DNA from: Candidatus Gottesmanbacteria bacterium RIFCSPHIGHO2_01_FULL_40_15
GTDB taxonomy: Bacteria > Patescibacteriota > Microgenomatia > 2-02-FULL-39-11
Length of the DNA: 64,000 nt
Assembly: GCA_001779115.1 (NCBI GenBank)
Contig: MFJF01000015.1
Location: 22,491-86,490 of the forward strand
Direction of reading: 5' to 3'
The notes under the pieces were generated by a model, which did no database searches, was not told the origin of the DNA, and saw only the letters and a program-made list of their open reading frames with translations. The translations under genes were made by a program, and so were the position numbers. Of this stretch, positions 36,957 through 46,640 are shown piece after piece (within the stretch, counting starts at the first letter, position 1; each line of letters opens with the position of its first letter).

Positions 36957-38432
36957 ATGGATAAAAATAAAAGCATAGTAGTTATGGGTGCCGGTTTGGC
37001 CGGTTTATCCTGTGCTTATGAACTGGCCAAAGCTGGCAAAAAAGTTACTGTTATTGAGAAATGGGAGGATGTCGGGGGATTGGCAAGAACAATAAAAGTA
37101 AACGGTTTTTCGTTTGATACCGGTCCCCACCGCTGGTATACCAAAAATGACATGGTTAACAATTGGATGCTTCAGCTGATGAAGAGCGAAATCACCAAAG
37201 TCCCCAGGTTAACCAGGATTTATTTCGATAATAAATTCTTCCATTATCCGATCCAAATAAAAAGTACCATAAAAGGCATGGGTCTGGTTAAAACTTTCTG
37301 GGCCGTTGTTGATTATCTTATGGTCAGGAGTTTGTCTTTCTTTCATAAGGCTGAACCGGTCACAATTGAAGAAGGCTATATCAGCCAATTCGGCCGGACG
37401 CTGTATGAAATGTTTTTCAAAAGATATACCGAAAAACTTTGGGGAAGATCCTGCCGGGAAATTTCCGCCGACTGGCTCGGACAGAGATCAAGGGGTTTCA
37501 ATATTTCAACCGTTATTAAAAATGCTCTTTTTTCAAAAGAGAAGGTCGTATCATTCGTGGATGAATTTTCATATCCACAAAAGGGTATAGGCCGCCTGGC
37601 CCAAAAATTGGCACAAGGAGTCAAAGAGGCAAAAGGCACTCTCTATTTAAACAGCGAAATCATCAAAATTAATCACCGGGCCGGAAAAATTAGTTCGGTT
37701 ACCGTCAAATCAGGTAAAAAATTATGGGAAATCAAAGGCGAAGAATTTGTTTCAACTATTGCTGTTTCGGACCTAATAAACGGCTTGATGCCGCCCGTTC
37801 CCGGAGCTGTAGCTAAATTCAATAACCGTCTTAAATACCGCGATGAAGTCCAGGTTGTTCTGTTTATAAATAAAACCCGTGTTACGCCGGACACCTGGGT
37901 TTATGTTCATGCTTTAGATATTCCTTTTGTCCGGTTCATGGAAATGGATAACTGGAGTAATAAACTCACGCCTAAAGGAAAAACAGCCATAGTTTTCGAA
38001 ATTGTCTGCAATTACGGTGATAAAGTATGGAATATGCCGGATAAGCGCCTGGCCGACCTCGTTTCTGAAAAATTCATCAGTAGTTTTAAATTAATCAAAA
38101 AGGAAAATATTATCGGCTGGCATATCCACCGTGTTCCCAAAGAATATCCTGTTTACCACATCGGCTACCGCAAAGACCTGGAGGTAATAAAATCATATCT
38201 TGGCAGGTTTTCCAATCTTCAGATTGCCGGAAGAAACGGGATTTTCCGTTATAACAATATGGACCATTCCATTGAAATGGGTCTTTATGCCGCCTGGAAC
38301 ATTCTTGAAGGAAGCCGGAATTTCAATATCGAATCGGTCAATATTGACAGGGAATATCTTGAGGAAAAGAAGGTTGTTTTAAGAGCACCTGAACTGCCGG
38401 AAGATCAGTATGTCCAAGAATATAAAAATTAA
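36957..38432 (+). CDS. FAD/NAD(P)-binding oxidoreductase with an amine-oxidase or UDP-galactopyranose-mutase-like fold
   Basis: The N-terminus VVMGAGLAGLSCAYELAKAGKKVTVIEKWEDVGGLARTIKVNGFSFDTGPHRW is a dinucleotide-binding signature. 491 aa. Confidence 0.5.
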   Translation: MDKNKSIVVMGAGLAGLSCAYELAKAGKKVTVIEKWEDVGGLARTIKVNGFSFDTGPHRWYTKNDMVNNWMLQLMKSEITKVPRLTRIYFDNKFFHYPIQIKSTIKGMGLVKTFWAVVDYLMVRSLSFFHKAEPVTIEEGYISQFGRTLYEMFFKRYTEKLWGRSCREISADWLGQRSRGFNISTVIKNALFSKEKVVSFVDEFSYPQKGIGRLAQKLAQGVKEAKGTLYLNSEIIKINHRAGKISSVTVKSGKKLWEIKGEEFVSTIAVSDLINGLMPPVPGAVAKFNNRLKYRDEVQVVLFINKTRVTPDTWVYVHALDIPFVRFMEMDNWSNKLTPKGKTAIVFEIVCNYGDKVWNMPDKRLADLVSEKFISSFKLIKKENIIGWHIHRVPKEYPVYHIGYRKDLEVIKSYLGRFSNLQIAGRNGIFRYNNMDHSIEMGLYAAWNILEGSRNFNIESVNIDREYLEEKKVVLRAPELPEDQYVQEYKN

Positions 38433-39183
38433 GGGAAACCCTAAAAAAAAAGTCATAGTGGTCATGCCGGCTTACAATGCCGCAAAGACCCTGGAGAAAA
38501 CTTACCGGGATATTCCCAATAAAAATGTTACGGAAATTCTGGTAGTCGATGATGACAGCTCGGACGAAACCGTCAGGATTGCAGGTAAGTTAAATCTGCC
38601 GACATTCCTTCACAAAAAAAATCTGGGATATGGGGGCAACCAAAAAACCTGTTATAAAAAGGCACTGCAAAGGGGAGCCGAAATTGTGGTCATGATACAT
38701 CCGGACTACCAGTATGATGCCACTCTCACGGATGAACTTGTTGCTCCTGTTGCCGCTTCTCGGTTTGATATAATGCTTGGCAGCAGGATCAGAAGCCGCC
38801 GGGAAGCTTTATCCGGAGGAATGCCCTATTACAAATATATAAGCAACCGTTTGCTGACACTATTGGAAAATCTGGTACTCGGGTTGAATTTGTCCGAATA
38901 TCATACCGGCTTCAGGGCGTTTAAAAGAAGTGTACTGAAAACTTTACCTTTGGACAGTTTTTCCGATGATTTCGTTTTTGATCAGGAAATTCTTATTTGC
39001 GCCCATGCGGCCGGATTTACGATAGGCGAAATACCGGTACCGGTCCGCTATTTTCCTGAAGCTTCGTCAATTAATTTCACCAGGTCGGTGGTTTACGGAC
39101 TGATGATAATTAGAACTCTTTTTTTATATCTTCTGCACAGAATGAAATTAAACATTAAGATATTCAGATTTAATAGGGCATAA
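38410..39183 (+). CDS. GT2 polyprenyl-phosphate sugar synthase (Dpm1/GtrB-like)
   Basis: KVIVVMPAYNAAKTLEKT...ILVVDDDSSDETVRIA. Lies immediately upstream of YfhO-like paralog A3. Confidence 0.7.
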   Translation: MSKNIKIKGNPKKKVIVVMPAYNAAKTLEKTYRDIPNKNVTEILVVDDDSSDETVRIAGKLNLPTFLHKKNLGYGGNQKTCYKKALQRGAEIVVMIHPDYQYDATLTDELVAPVAASRFDIMLGSRIRSRREALSGGMPYYKYISNRLLTLLENLVLGLNLSEYHTGFRAFKRSVLKTLPLDSFSDDFVFDQEILICAHAAGFTIGEIPVPVRYFPEASSINFTRSVVYGLMIIRTLFLYLLHRMKLNIKIFRFNRA

Positions 39184-39191
39184 AAAGGAAA

Positions 39192-40847
39192 ATGAAAAGG
39201 ATTGACTGGCTGGTAATTTTATTTATTATCCTCGCTTCGGTATTTACTCTGAAAGATCTTTTTCGGCCGGATTTCTACACCAGCCATGACGGACCGCATC
39301 AGGTTGTCAGACTCTATCATTATGATCAATTGTTGCGGCAAGGCCAAATACCTCCCCGGTGGGTCAATGACCTTAATCACGGTTTCGGCTACCCGCTTTT
39401 TATTTTTTCCTACCATATGCCCTGGCTGATATCCGCTCCCTTCATGTTTTTCGGATTATCAGTATTCATATCCATAAAAATGACTTATTTAACGGGTTTT
39501 ATACTTTCGGGAATTCTTATGTACTTTTATCAGAAAAAACTTTTTGGTGTTTTACCCGCATTTATAGGAGCTTTCCTGTATTTGTTTGCCCCTTACCGGT
39601 TCTCCAATATCTTTGTCAGGAGTTCAATAGGTGATGCTACCGCCTTTATTTTTCCGCCGCTTATTTTCTGGTCATTTGACGTTGTGCGTTCAAAAGGGAA
39701 ATTAAATTATTTTTGGCTTTTCCTCTATGCGGCCTCTCTATCGGCCCTTCTTTTGACCCATGCCATGCTATTTTTCCTGTATGTTTTAATCCTGTCGGTT
39801 TATATCCTTTACTGGTTCGTATTCTCCTCCAACAGGAAAAAAATTATTTCAGTTAATGTACTGGGATTCTTAATGGCTGTTTCCCTGTCAGCTTTTTATC
39901 TTTTTCCCTCCTTATTAGAAAGAAATTTTACTGTTTTTAATTCGGTAATGAAAAACGCGTTTTCTTCGCAGTCTTTTATCCCCATATCGCGCCTTTTTTA
40001 TTCACCCTGGGGGTATGGTGTTGTTGACGCGTATGAGGGCGCTATGTCGCTTCAGCTGGGTTTTGCCCAATGGTTGTCATTTCTACTTGGATTACTTCTA
40101 TTTATTTATTTACTGACAAGAAAATCAATGCGGAATATAAATTACGGCTTCATATATATTCTGATATTTATCCTGTCTGTATTTTTAATGCTGAAATCTT
40201 CAGCTCCGATTTGGCAGTTTATTACCCGCTTTGTCTTAATTGATTTTAAATGGCGGATTCTTCACGTGACGGTTTTTGCCGCTGCCATTATTTCGGGTTG
40301 GTTTATTTATAACCTAAAAATACTTAAGCGCCGCTTGTGGACGGCGTTTGCTGGATTTTTTCTTATTAGTCTTTCAATTTATGCCAACCGGAACCACCTG
40401 AAAATAAACCAGGTCCTTGATTGGCCGGTTGACTTTTACCTGAAATTGGAAAAAACCACCAATTCATTTGATGAGTATACGCCCATTTGGGCTCACGCGG
40501 GTATAATCAGGGAAAACGCGTCGCCGGCCGAATTTTCCGCTCCGGCCGGTATCAGGATTATCAGTTCCACATCGGTAAAAAAAGATCTGGAGCTGGAAAC
40601 AGAAAGTGAAGGAGTTTTAACCCTCAACACTCTTTATTATCCCGGTTGGCAGGTATTTATAAACGGTAAACCGGTTGATATTGATTACCAAAACCGCGGT
40701 CTGCTGGAATTTCCCGTTGCCAAAGGAAAAAATATTATTTCAGCCCGCTTTGAAAAAACACCTATGCGCCTGATATCGGATACCATCACCCTATCGGCTA
40801 TAATATTATTACCCGGATTCCTGATATACAAAAAAATCTATGGTTAG
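39192..40847 (+). CDS. YfhO-like GT-C family polytopic membrane protein (A-family paralog A3)
   Basis: HDGPHQVVRLYHYDQ...PPRWVNDLNHGFGYPLFIFSYHMPW and a C-terminal YYPGWQVFINGKPVD domain. Confidence 0.6.
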   Translation: MKRIDWLVILFIILASVFTLKDLFRPDFYTSHDGPHQVVRLYHYDQLLRQGQIPPRWVNDLNHGFGYPLFIFSYHMPWLISAPFMFFGLSVFISIKMTYLTGFILSGILMYFYQKKLFGVLPAFIGAFLYLFAPYRFSNIFVRSSIGDATAFIFPPLIFWSFDVVRSKGKLNYFWLFLYAASLSALLLTHAMLFFLYVLILSVYILYWFVFSSNRKKIISVNVLGFLMAVSLSAFYLFPSLLERNFTVFNSVMKNAFSSQSFIPISRLFYSPWGYGVVDAYEGAMSLQLGFAQWLSFLLGLLLFIYLLTRKSMRNINYGFIYILIFILSVFLMLKSSAPIWQFITRFVLIDFKWRILHVTVFAAAIISGWFIYNLKILKRRLWTAFAGFFLISLSIYANRNHLKINQVLDWPVDFYLKLEKTTNSFDEYTPIWAHAGIIRENASPAEFSAPAGIRIISSTSVKKDLELETESEGVLTLNTLYYPGWQVFINGKPVDIDYQNRGLLEFPVAKGKNIISARFEKTPMRLISDTITLSAIILLPGFLIYKKIYG

Positions 40848-41619
40848 ACTGTCTATCGCCATAGCCGTTTATAACGAAGAACAGAACATCAAGCGCTGCC
40901 TTGACAGCTGTGCCGGTCTGGCTGATGAAATTGTGGCGGTTGACGGTTCTTCAACTGATAACTCAGTCGCAATTCTTAAAAGTTATAACGCCAGGATTTT
41001 TATCCGTAAGAATCCGGTCAATTTCCATATCAATAAAAATCTTGCCATCGACTCCTGCCGCGGCCGCTGGATTCTGCAATTGGATGCCGATGAAGTAGTA
41101 AGTCCGGGGTTAAAAAAAGAGATTCTCCAGATTATTGCTTTACCCTTGACCCATAACCGCCAACCTGCAAATGGTTATTGGATTCCCAGGAAAAATTTTA
41201 TTTTAGGCAGGTTTTTGGAAAAAGGAGGCCAATATCCGGATTACACTTTAAGGCTATACCGGAAGGGTTTTGGCCGGCTACCGGGAAAAAGCGTTCATGA
41301 ACAGGCTCAGGTAAAAGGTCCGGTCGGGAATTTAATAAATCCAATACTTCATTATCCTTATCCTGATTTTTCCCATTACCTTGATCACTTTAATCGTTAT
41401 ACGTCAATTATGGCTATTGATTTAAAAAAAGAAAACATTAAGCTTACTCCTGTTGTTTTTGCTGATTATATCCTGGTAAAACCCCTCACCTGGTTTTTCA
41501 GAACCTATTTTCTAAATAAAGGTTTTTACGACGGTTTTGCCGGTTTTGCCTTTTCTCTTTTTTCTTCATTAAGATTTACGGTAGCTTATATCAAATACAG
41601 GGAACTTTTTAAAAATTGA
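40840..41619 (+). CDS. GT2 glycosyltransferase, KdtX/WaaE-like (paralog 3)
   Basis: LSIAIAVYNEEQNI...ADEIVAVDGSSTDNS...DADEV and a C-terminal GFAFSLFSSLRFTVAYIKYRE. Confidence 0.7.
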   Translation: MVRLSIAIAVYNEEQNIKRCLDSCAGLADEIVAVDGSSTDNSVAILKSYNARIFIRKNPVNFHINKNLAIDSCRGRWILQLDADEVVSPGLKKEILQIIALPLTHNRQPANGYWIPRKNFILGRFLEKGGQYPDYTLRLYRKGFGRLPGKSVHEQAQVKGPVGNLINPILHYPYPDFSHYLDHFNRYTSIMAIDLKKENIKLTPVVFADYILVKPLTWFFRTYFLNKGFYDGFAGFAFSLFSSLRFTVAYIKYRELFKN

Positions 41620-42686
41620 TGAAATATGACCCGTTGATAAAAGTCGCCTTTGTCCGTCCCCCGCTTTCGGAACATGCGTTTAGGGGAACCGGCTCCTATT
41701 ACAGAAATCTTCTGATAAGTTTAAAAAAAGAGGACGGGCTTGAAGTAACGGCCATAGAAAACGGCGCTCCCGTGGGTAATTTTGACATAATTCATTATCC
41801 GTACTTTGACCCTTTTTTTCTGACGATGCCATTAATTTCTAAGAAAAATACGGTAGTCACCGTTCATGACCTTATTCCCCTGAAATATCCTGATAAATTC
41901 AAAAGCGGCATTAAGGGGTTATTTAAGTGGTTTATTCAGAAAGGCACCCTTTGCCGTTCCCGGCATATTATAACCGATTCCCATTCTTCCAAAAAAGATA
42001 TTGCCGCGATTACCGGGTTTCCCCAAAAAGACATCCGGGTCATTTATTTGGGAATTGAAAATGTTTTCAGAAAAATTAGCGACAACCGGATACTAATGCC
42101 TGTTCTTACCAGGTATCAGCTTAATACTCCGTTTATTCTTTATGTCGGTGATATCAACTGGAATAAAAATATTCCCGGTTTAATTAAAGCTTTAAGCTTT
42201 CTTGAGAAGGAAAACGGGGCACCCCAATTGGCGCTTGTTGGACGGGGTTTTGTAAATAACAGCGGCAATCTCACGGAAATTAACAAATTGATCTCGGATT
42301 TAAATCTTGACGGCAAAATAAAAAGAATAGCCGATGTTCCGCCGGATGATCTGGTTGCCCTTTATAATCTGGCGGAAATGTTTATCCTGCCCTCATTTGA
42401 TGAGGGTTTCGGATTGCCGCTTCTTGAAGCGATGGCCTGCCAGACTCCGGTTATTTCTTCTGACCGGGGGAGCTTGGCTGAAATATCAGGAAGGGCAGTT
42501 TTTTCTGTTGATCCCAACGATTCCGGCCAAATGGGAAAAGCCATAAAAAAACTCCTGAAAAATAAGGAATTAAGGGACCGTTTGGTAGCCGAAGGCATAT
42601 TGCAGTCCCAAAAATTCACCTGGGAAAAGACAAGTCGGGCAACAGTCAATGTCTATAAAAAAATTCTGGGAATAAAAGAATATTAA
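41619..42686 (+). CDS. GT4 (GT-B) glycosyltransferase
   Basis: PSFDEGFGLPLLEAMACQTPVISSDRGSLAEI is a GT4 signature. Confidence 0.7.
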   Translation: MKYDPLIKVAFVRPPLSEHAFRGTGSYYRNLLISLKKEDGLEVTAIENGAPVGNFDIIHYPYFDPFFLTMPLISKKNTVVTVHDLIPLKYPDKFKSGIKGLFKWFIQKGTLCRSRHIITDSHSSKKDIAAITGFPQKDIRVIYLGIENVFRKISDNRILMPVLTRYQLNTPFILYVGDINWNKNIPGLIKALSFLEKENGAPQLALVGRGFVNNSGNLTEINKLISDLNLDGKIKRIADVPPDDLVALYNLAEMFILPSFDEGFGLPLLEAMACQTPVISSDRGSLAEISGRAVFSVDPNDSGQMGKAIKKLLKNKELRDRLVAEGILQSQKFTWEKTSRATVNVYKKILGIKEY

Positions 42687-42689
42687 ATA

Positions 42690-43829
42690 ATGATATTTTT
42701 CATCTTTCATTTTTTTATTGTTTGGCGGATATTTTTATTCCTTGCCGCATATACCGGTTCTTTTATTCTTCCGTTTCAACCCCGTTTTCCTTATGCTGAT
42801 ACTCTTCTTATTCCTTCGGGTCTTCCGGCCTGGCTCTGGTCTTTTGCCAATTTTGACGGAGTTCATTATCTGACAATAAGCCGATATGGATACAGCGCCC
42901 AGTTTACCCAGGTTTTTTTCCCACTTTATCCGCTTCTTTTGGGACTTGTCAATAAAATTCTTTTTTTTCTTCCGCGGCTTTTTTCAGGACTTATGGTTAC
43001 CAACCTGTTTTTTTTATCAGCGCTTTTTGTTTTTTACCGGCTCATGAGAATGGATTTTAATGTCCGCCAAATCAGATGGATGATTGTATTTCTTCTCTTT
43101 TTTCCGCTTTCTTTATACTTTGGCAGCCTTTATACCGAAAGCCTGTTCCTGTTACTTTTGCTAAGCGCCTTTTATTTTGCCCGCCGACGTCACTGGCTGG
43201 CTGCCTCGGTAGTAGCTGCACTCGCCGGATCAACGCGGCTGGTGGGTGTTTTTCTTCTGCCGGCCCTGCTATGGGAATGGTATCTGCAGTCAAATAATAA
43301 AAAAGTAAGTTTATTGCTGTCCGTGACCCGTTCTCCGGTTACCTATGTAGTTCCTCTTGGACTTTTGGTTTACATGGTTTATCTGCAGATTAATTTCGGT
43401 GATCCTCTTTATTTTTGGCATGCCCAACCCGTATTCGGCGCAGAGCGTTCAGGCAGTTCTATCGTACTGCTTCCCCAAGTTCTCTGGCGTTACCTGAAAA
43501 TCTTTAAGACCGTTCCCAAAAACAGTCTTACGTTTTGGATTCCTTTTACGGAGCTTGTCTCTTTTTTTCTGGCCGCCGTTTTTCTGATTATTGCCCACCT
43601 GAAAAAAATCCGTTTTTCTTATCTTCTTTTTTCCTGGCCGGCTCTAATTGTTCCGTCTTTAACCGGAACGCTTTCCAGTATGCCCCGTTATGTGCTTATT
43701 CTTTTTCCCATATTTCCGATTTTAGGCCTTATCGCTTCTTCTAAAATAAAATTGACTATTCTGGCTTTTTTTGTCATTTTATTGGCCTGTTATACAATTC
43801 TTTTTACCCGGGGATTATGGGTTTCCTGA
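42690..43829 (+). CDS. PIG-V-like (GT76-type) GT-C mannosyltransferase homologue
   Basis: NFDGVHYLTISRYGYSAQFTQVFFPLYPLLLG resembles the PIG-V WDGxxYLxIAxxGY...AFFPL signature. 379 aa, polytopic. Confidence 0.5.
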   Translation: MIFFIFHFFIVWRIFLFLAAYTGSFILPFQPRFPYADTLLIPSGLPAWLWSFANFDGVHYLTISRYGYSAQFTQVFFPLYPLLLGLVNKILFFLPRLFSGLMVTNLFFLSALFVFYRLMRMDFNVRQIRWMIVFLLFFPLSLYFGSLYTESLFLLLLLSAFYFARRRHWLAASVVAALAGSTRLVGVFLLPALLWEWYLQSNNKKVSLLLSVTRSPVTYVVPLGLLVYMVYLQINFGDPLYFWHAQPVFGAERSGSSIVLLPQVLWRYLKIFKTVPKNSLTFWIPFTELVSFFLAAVFLIIAHLKKIRFSYLLFSWPALIVPSLTGTLSSMPRYVLILFPIFPILGLIASSKIKLTILAFFVILLACYTILFTRGLWVS

Positions 43830-43850
43830 AATTATTTCATTAGAAAAATA

Positions 43851-44535
43851 TATGGATTTATTGATCGGTATTCCGGCATTCAACGAGGAAACAATGATCG
43901 GTAAAGTATTAAAATCACTGCCGAAAAGAATACCCGGTATTGACCGCATTGATATATTGGTTGTTGATGACGGTTCATCCGACAGAACTGCTGCGGTGGC
44001 AAAAAATTCAGGCGCTTTAGTCTTAAGGCATATTATTAACCGCGGTCTTGGTGGCGCCCTGAAAACAATATTTGCATATGCCGGTAAATACCGGTATGAT
44101 CTCCTGGTGACAATTGATGCGGACGGACAGCACCATCCGGCTGATATAGTGAAAATCCTCCGGCCGGTAATTGATAACGGTAAAGACGTGGTTATCGGTA
44201 CAAGATGGAAAAATTCCTTAAAGAAAAAATTTATTCTCCGTTATCTGATAAATCAGCTGGCCAATTTTTATACTTTTTTACTCTACGGGATAGAAACCGG
44301 TGATTCGCAATCCGGTTTCCGTTCTTTTTCAGGAAAAGCGGTCAAAAAAATTAATTTGAGTTCGGACGGAATGGAAGTATCCAGTGAATTTTTCAGGGAA
44401 ATTTACCGACATGGTCTTATCTATGATGAAGTGCCGGTTAAGCTTATTTATACCGACTATTCCCAGGGTAAGGGTCAGCGTCTGTCAAACGCGCCCAATG
44501 TTTTTTTCAGGCAGTTTTTAAGACTGTTAAGGTAA
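43851..44535 (+). CDS. GT2 polyprenyl-phosphate sugar synthase (Dpm1-like)
   Basis: LIGIPAFNEETMIGKVL...ILVVDDGSSDRT...TIDADGQH. ATG 43851 is preferred over the ORF-track start at 43771. Confidence 0.7.
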
Positions 44536-44536
44536 T

Positions 44537-44893
44537 ATGCCGTTCACATTTACCCAAATTTTTTTAAGCCTGTTTTTATTATTCGCCATCAGCCGGGTAG
44601 TTATCCGTTTCCGGGAAGGCATACTGCCTTTGTTGGGATTTGCTTTTTGGCTGGCGGTTTTCGGCTTTGCCATTGTTATCGTTCTGTTTCCCGGATTAAC
44701 CAGCGTATTGGCCACTGTTGTGGGGATCGGCAGGGGAGCCGATTTTGTGATATATGTATCAGTCAGTCTTATTTTTTTCCTTATTTTCAGACTGTATATC
44801 TATTTGGAGGATATCAGGCATGATATTACCGAAATTATCACGCATTTGGCTCTAGAGAATAAAAAACGGAAAAATGCCCGGAAAACTTCCTAA
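44537..44893 (+). CDS. small 3-4-TM membrane protein (DUF2304-like partner of Dpm1-type GT2)
   Basis: 118 aa and hydrophobic, immediately after the GT2. GT2 plus a small membrane protein is a common arrangement. Confidence 0.4.
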   Translation: MPFTFTQIFLSLFLLFAISRVVIRFREGILPLLGFAFWLAVFGFAIVIVLFPGLTSVLATVVGIGRGADFVIYVSVSLIFFLIFRLYIYLEDIRHDITEIITHLALENKKRKNARKTS

Positions 44894-45662
44894 AATCAGT
44901 ATAATTACTCCCTCGTTAAATCAGGGAAAATTCATTGAGCGTACGATTAAGTCCGTTCTTGACCAGAAATATCCTCAGCTGGAGTATATCGTCATGGACG
45001 GCGGATCAACTGATCAAACACTCCGGATTCTCAAAAAATACAAAAGCAGGTTAACTTATTTTACCGGACCGGATAAAGGCCAGTCTGACGCTATCAATAG
45101 GGGATTAACCATGGCAACCGGTGACATCGTCGCCTACATTAATTCCGATGATTATTATTTACCGGGTACATTCGATTACATTACCCGTGCTTTTTCCGAA
45201 AAAAATGCCAAGTGGATAATAGGTATGTGCCGGAATGTTGATACTAATGGGAAAAAAACCAGAAATTATGTTTCACTATGGAAAGGATTATGGTATCGGT
45301 TTCCCTTTCCGGTGAAATTTAAAAGCAATATTTTATATATTCTTAACTTTATACCTCAACCGGCAGTTTTTTGGAAGAGATCGGCAATGAAAAAAATTGG
45401 CTTTTTTGATGTTTCTCTGAATTTTGCCATGGATTATGATTTCTTTATCCGTTTATTTAAATATTCATCACCTGTAATAACAAAAAGGGAATTAGCTTCC
45501 TATACCATTCAAAAGCAAGCTAAAAGTTTCAGATTCAGTAAAGAATCATTTAATGAGAGTTTAAAAGTTGCCAAAAGATATACTTCTTCACCTGTTTTTT
45601 TAACTCTCCATTATTTGCATGACCTTTTGGCATACAGAATTTATATAAATTCATCACAGTAA
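44874..45662 (+). CDS. GT2 glycosyltransferase
   Basis: KISIITPSLNQGKFIERTIKSVLDQKYPQLEYIVMDGGSTDQT...NSDD. Confidence 0.7.
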   Translation: MPGKLPKISIITPSLNQGKFIERTIKSVLDQKYPQLEYIVMDGGSTDQTLRILKKYKSRLTYFTGPDKGQSDAINRGLTMATGDIVAYINSDDYYLPGTFDYITRAFSEKNAKWIIGMCRNVDTNGKKTRNYVSLWKGLWYRFPFPVKFKSNILYILNFIPQPAVFWKRSAMKKIGFFDVSLNFAMDYDFFIRLFKYSSPVITKRELASYTIQKQAKSFRFSKESFNESLKVAKRYTSSPVFLTLHYLHDLLAYRIYINSSQ

Positions 45663-45666
45663 TAAT

Positions 45667-45674
45667 TATATAAT
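45667..45674 (+). promoter_or_regulatory. candidate -10 element (TATATAAT) upstream of the fcl-like gene
   Basis: TATAAT at 45669-45674, 20 nt before ATG 45694, in a 31-nt intergenic gap. Confidence 0.25.
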
Positions 45675-45693
45675 TTACTTTTAAACCAAATTT

Positions 45694-46629
45694 ATGAACG
45701 GGGTGTTTTGGAAAAATAAAAAAGTCCTGGTTACCGGCGGAAACGGATTTCTCGGCGGCGTTCTGGTCAAACAGCTTAAAAAAATTAACGCCCAGGTATT
45801 TTCCCCAGCATCAAAAGAACTCGACCTGCGGATAAATAAAAATTGCCGAAAAGCGGTTTCAGGGCAGGAGATAGTCATACACTTGGCTGCAAAAGTCGGC
45901 GGTATCGGCTATAACCTTAATCATGCCGGAGAAATGTTTTATGACAATATAATAATGGGAGCGCAATTGATGGAGGAGGCCAGAATTGCCGGTGTTAAAA
46001 AGTTTGTCGCGTTGGGAACAATTTGTGCATATCCAAAATTTACCAGGGTGCCTTTTAAGGAAAAGGATCTTTGGAACGGTTATCCTGAAGAAACTAATGC
46101 TCCGTATGGCCTTGCTAAAAAAATGCTTCTGGTACAATCTCAGGCATATCGCCAGCAATACGGTTTCAACTCCATTTTTCTTTTACCGGTTAATCTCTTT
46201 GGTCCCGGTGATAATTTTGACCCGCTTTCTTCCCATGTTATTCCGGCTTTAATAAGAAAAATTTCAATTGCAAAAAAGAATCATTCAGCCAGTGTAACGG
46301 TGTGGGGAACCGGCAATCCGACCCGCGAATTTTTATATGTTGACGATGCTGCGGAAGGAATTATTTTAGCCGGTGAAAAATATAATAAATCCGAACCTGT
46401 AAATTTGGGGGCCGGCTTTGAAATAACAATTAAAAAATTAGTTTACGAGATTTGTAATCTTATGGAATATCATGGCAGTATAATTTGGGATAAATCCAAA
46501 CCTGACGGGCAGCCCAGAAGAATGTTAAACACGAAAAAAGCGTTCATGGAATTCGGTTTTAAAGCGAAAACCGACTTCATAACCGGATTGGAAAAAACAG
46601 TGAATTGGTACAAGAAAAACCGATTTTAA
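45694..46629 (+). CDS. GDP-L-fucose synthase-like (Fcl/ColC family) NAD(P)-dependent epimerase/reductase
   Basis: [33 protein letters not shown] and [10 protein letters not shown] (the Fcl signature). Confidence 0.75.
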   Translation: MNGVFWKNKKVLVTGGNGFLGGVLVKQLKKINAQVFSPASKELDLRINKNCRKAVSGQEIVIHLAAKVGGIGYNLNHAGEMFYDNIIMGAQLMEEARIAGVKKFVALGTICAYPKFTRVPFKEKDLWNGYPEETNAPYGLAKKMLLVQSQAYRQQYGFNSIFLLPVNLFGPGDNFDPLSSHVIPALIRKISIAKKNHSASVTVWGTGNPTREFLYVDDAAEGIILAGEKYNKSEPVNLGAGFEITIKKLVYEICNLMEYHGSIIWDKSKPDGQPRRMLNTKKAFMEFGFKAKTDFITGLEKTVNWYKKNRF

Positions 46630-46640
46630 TTCGGGGATAA

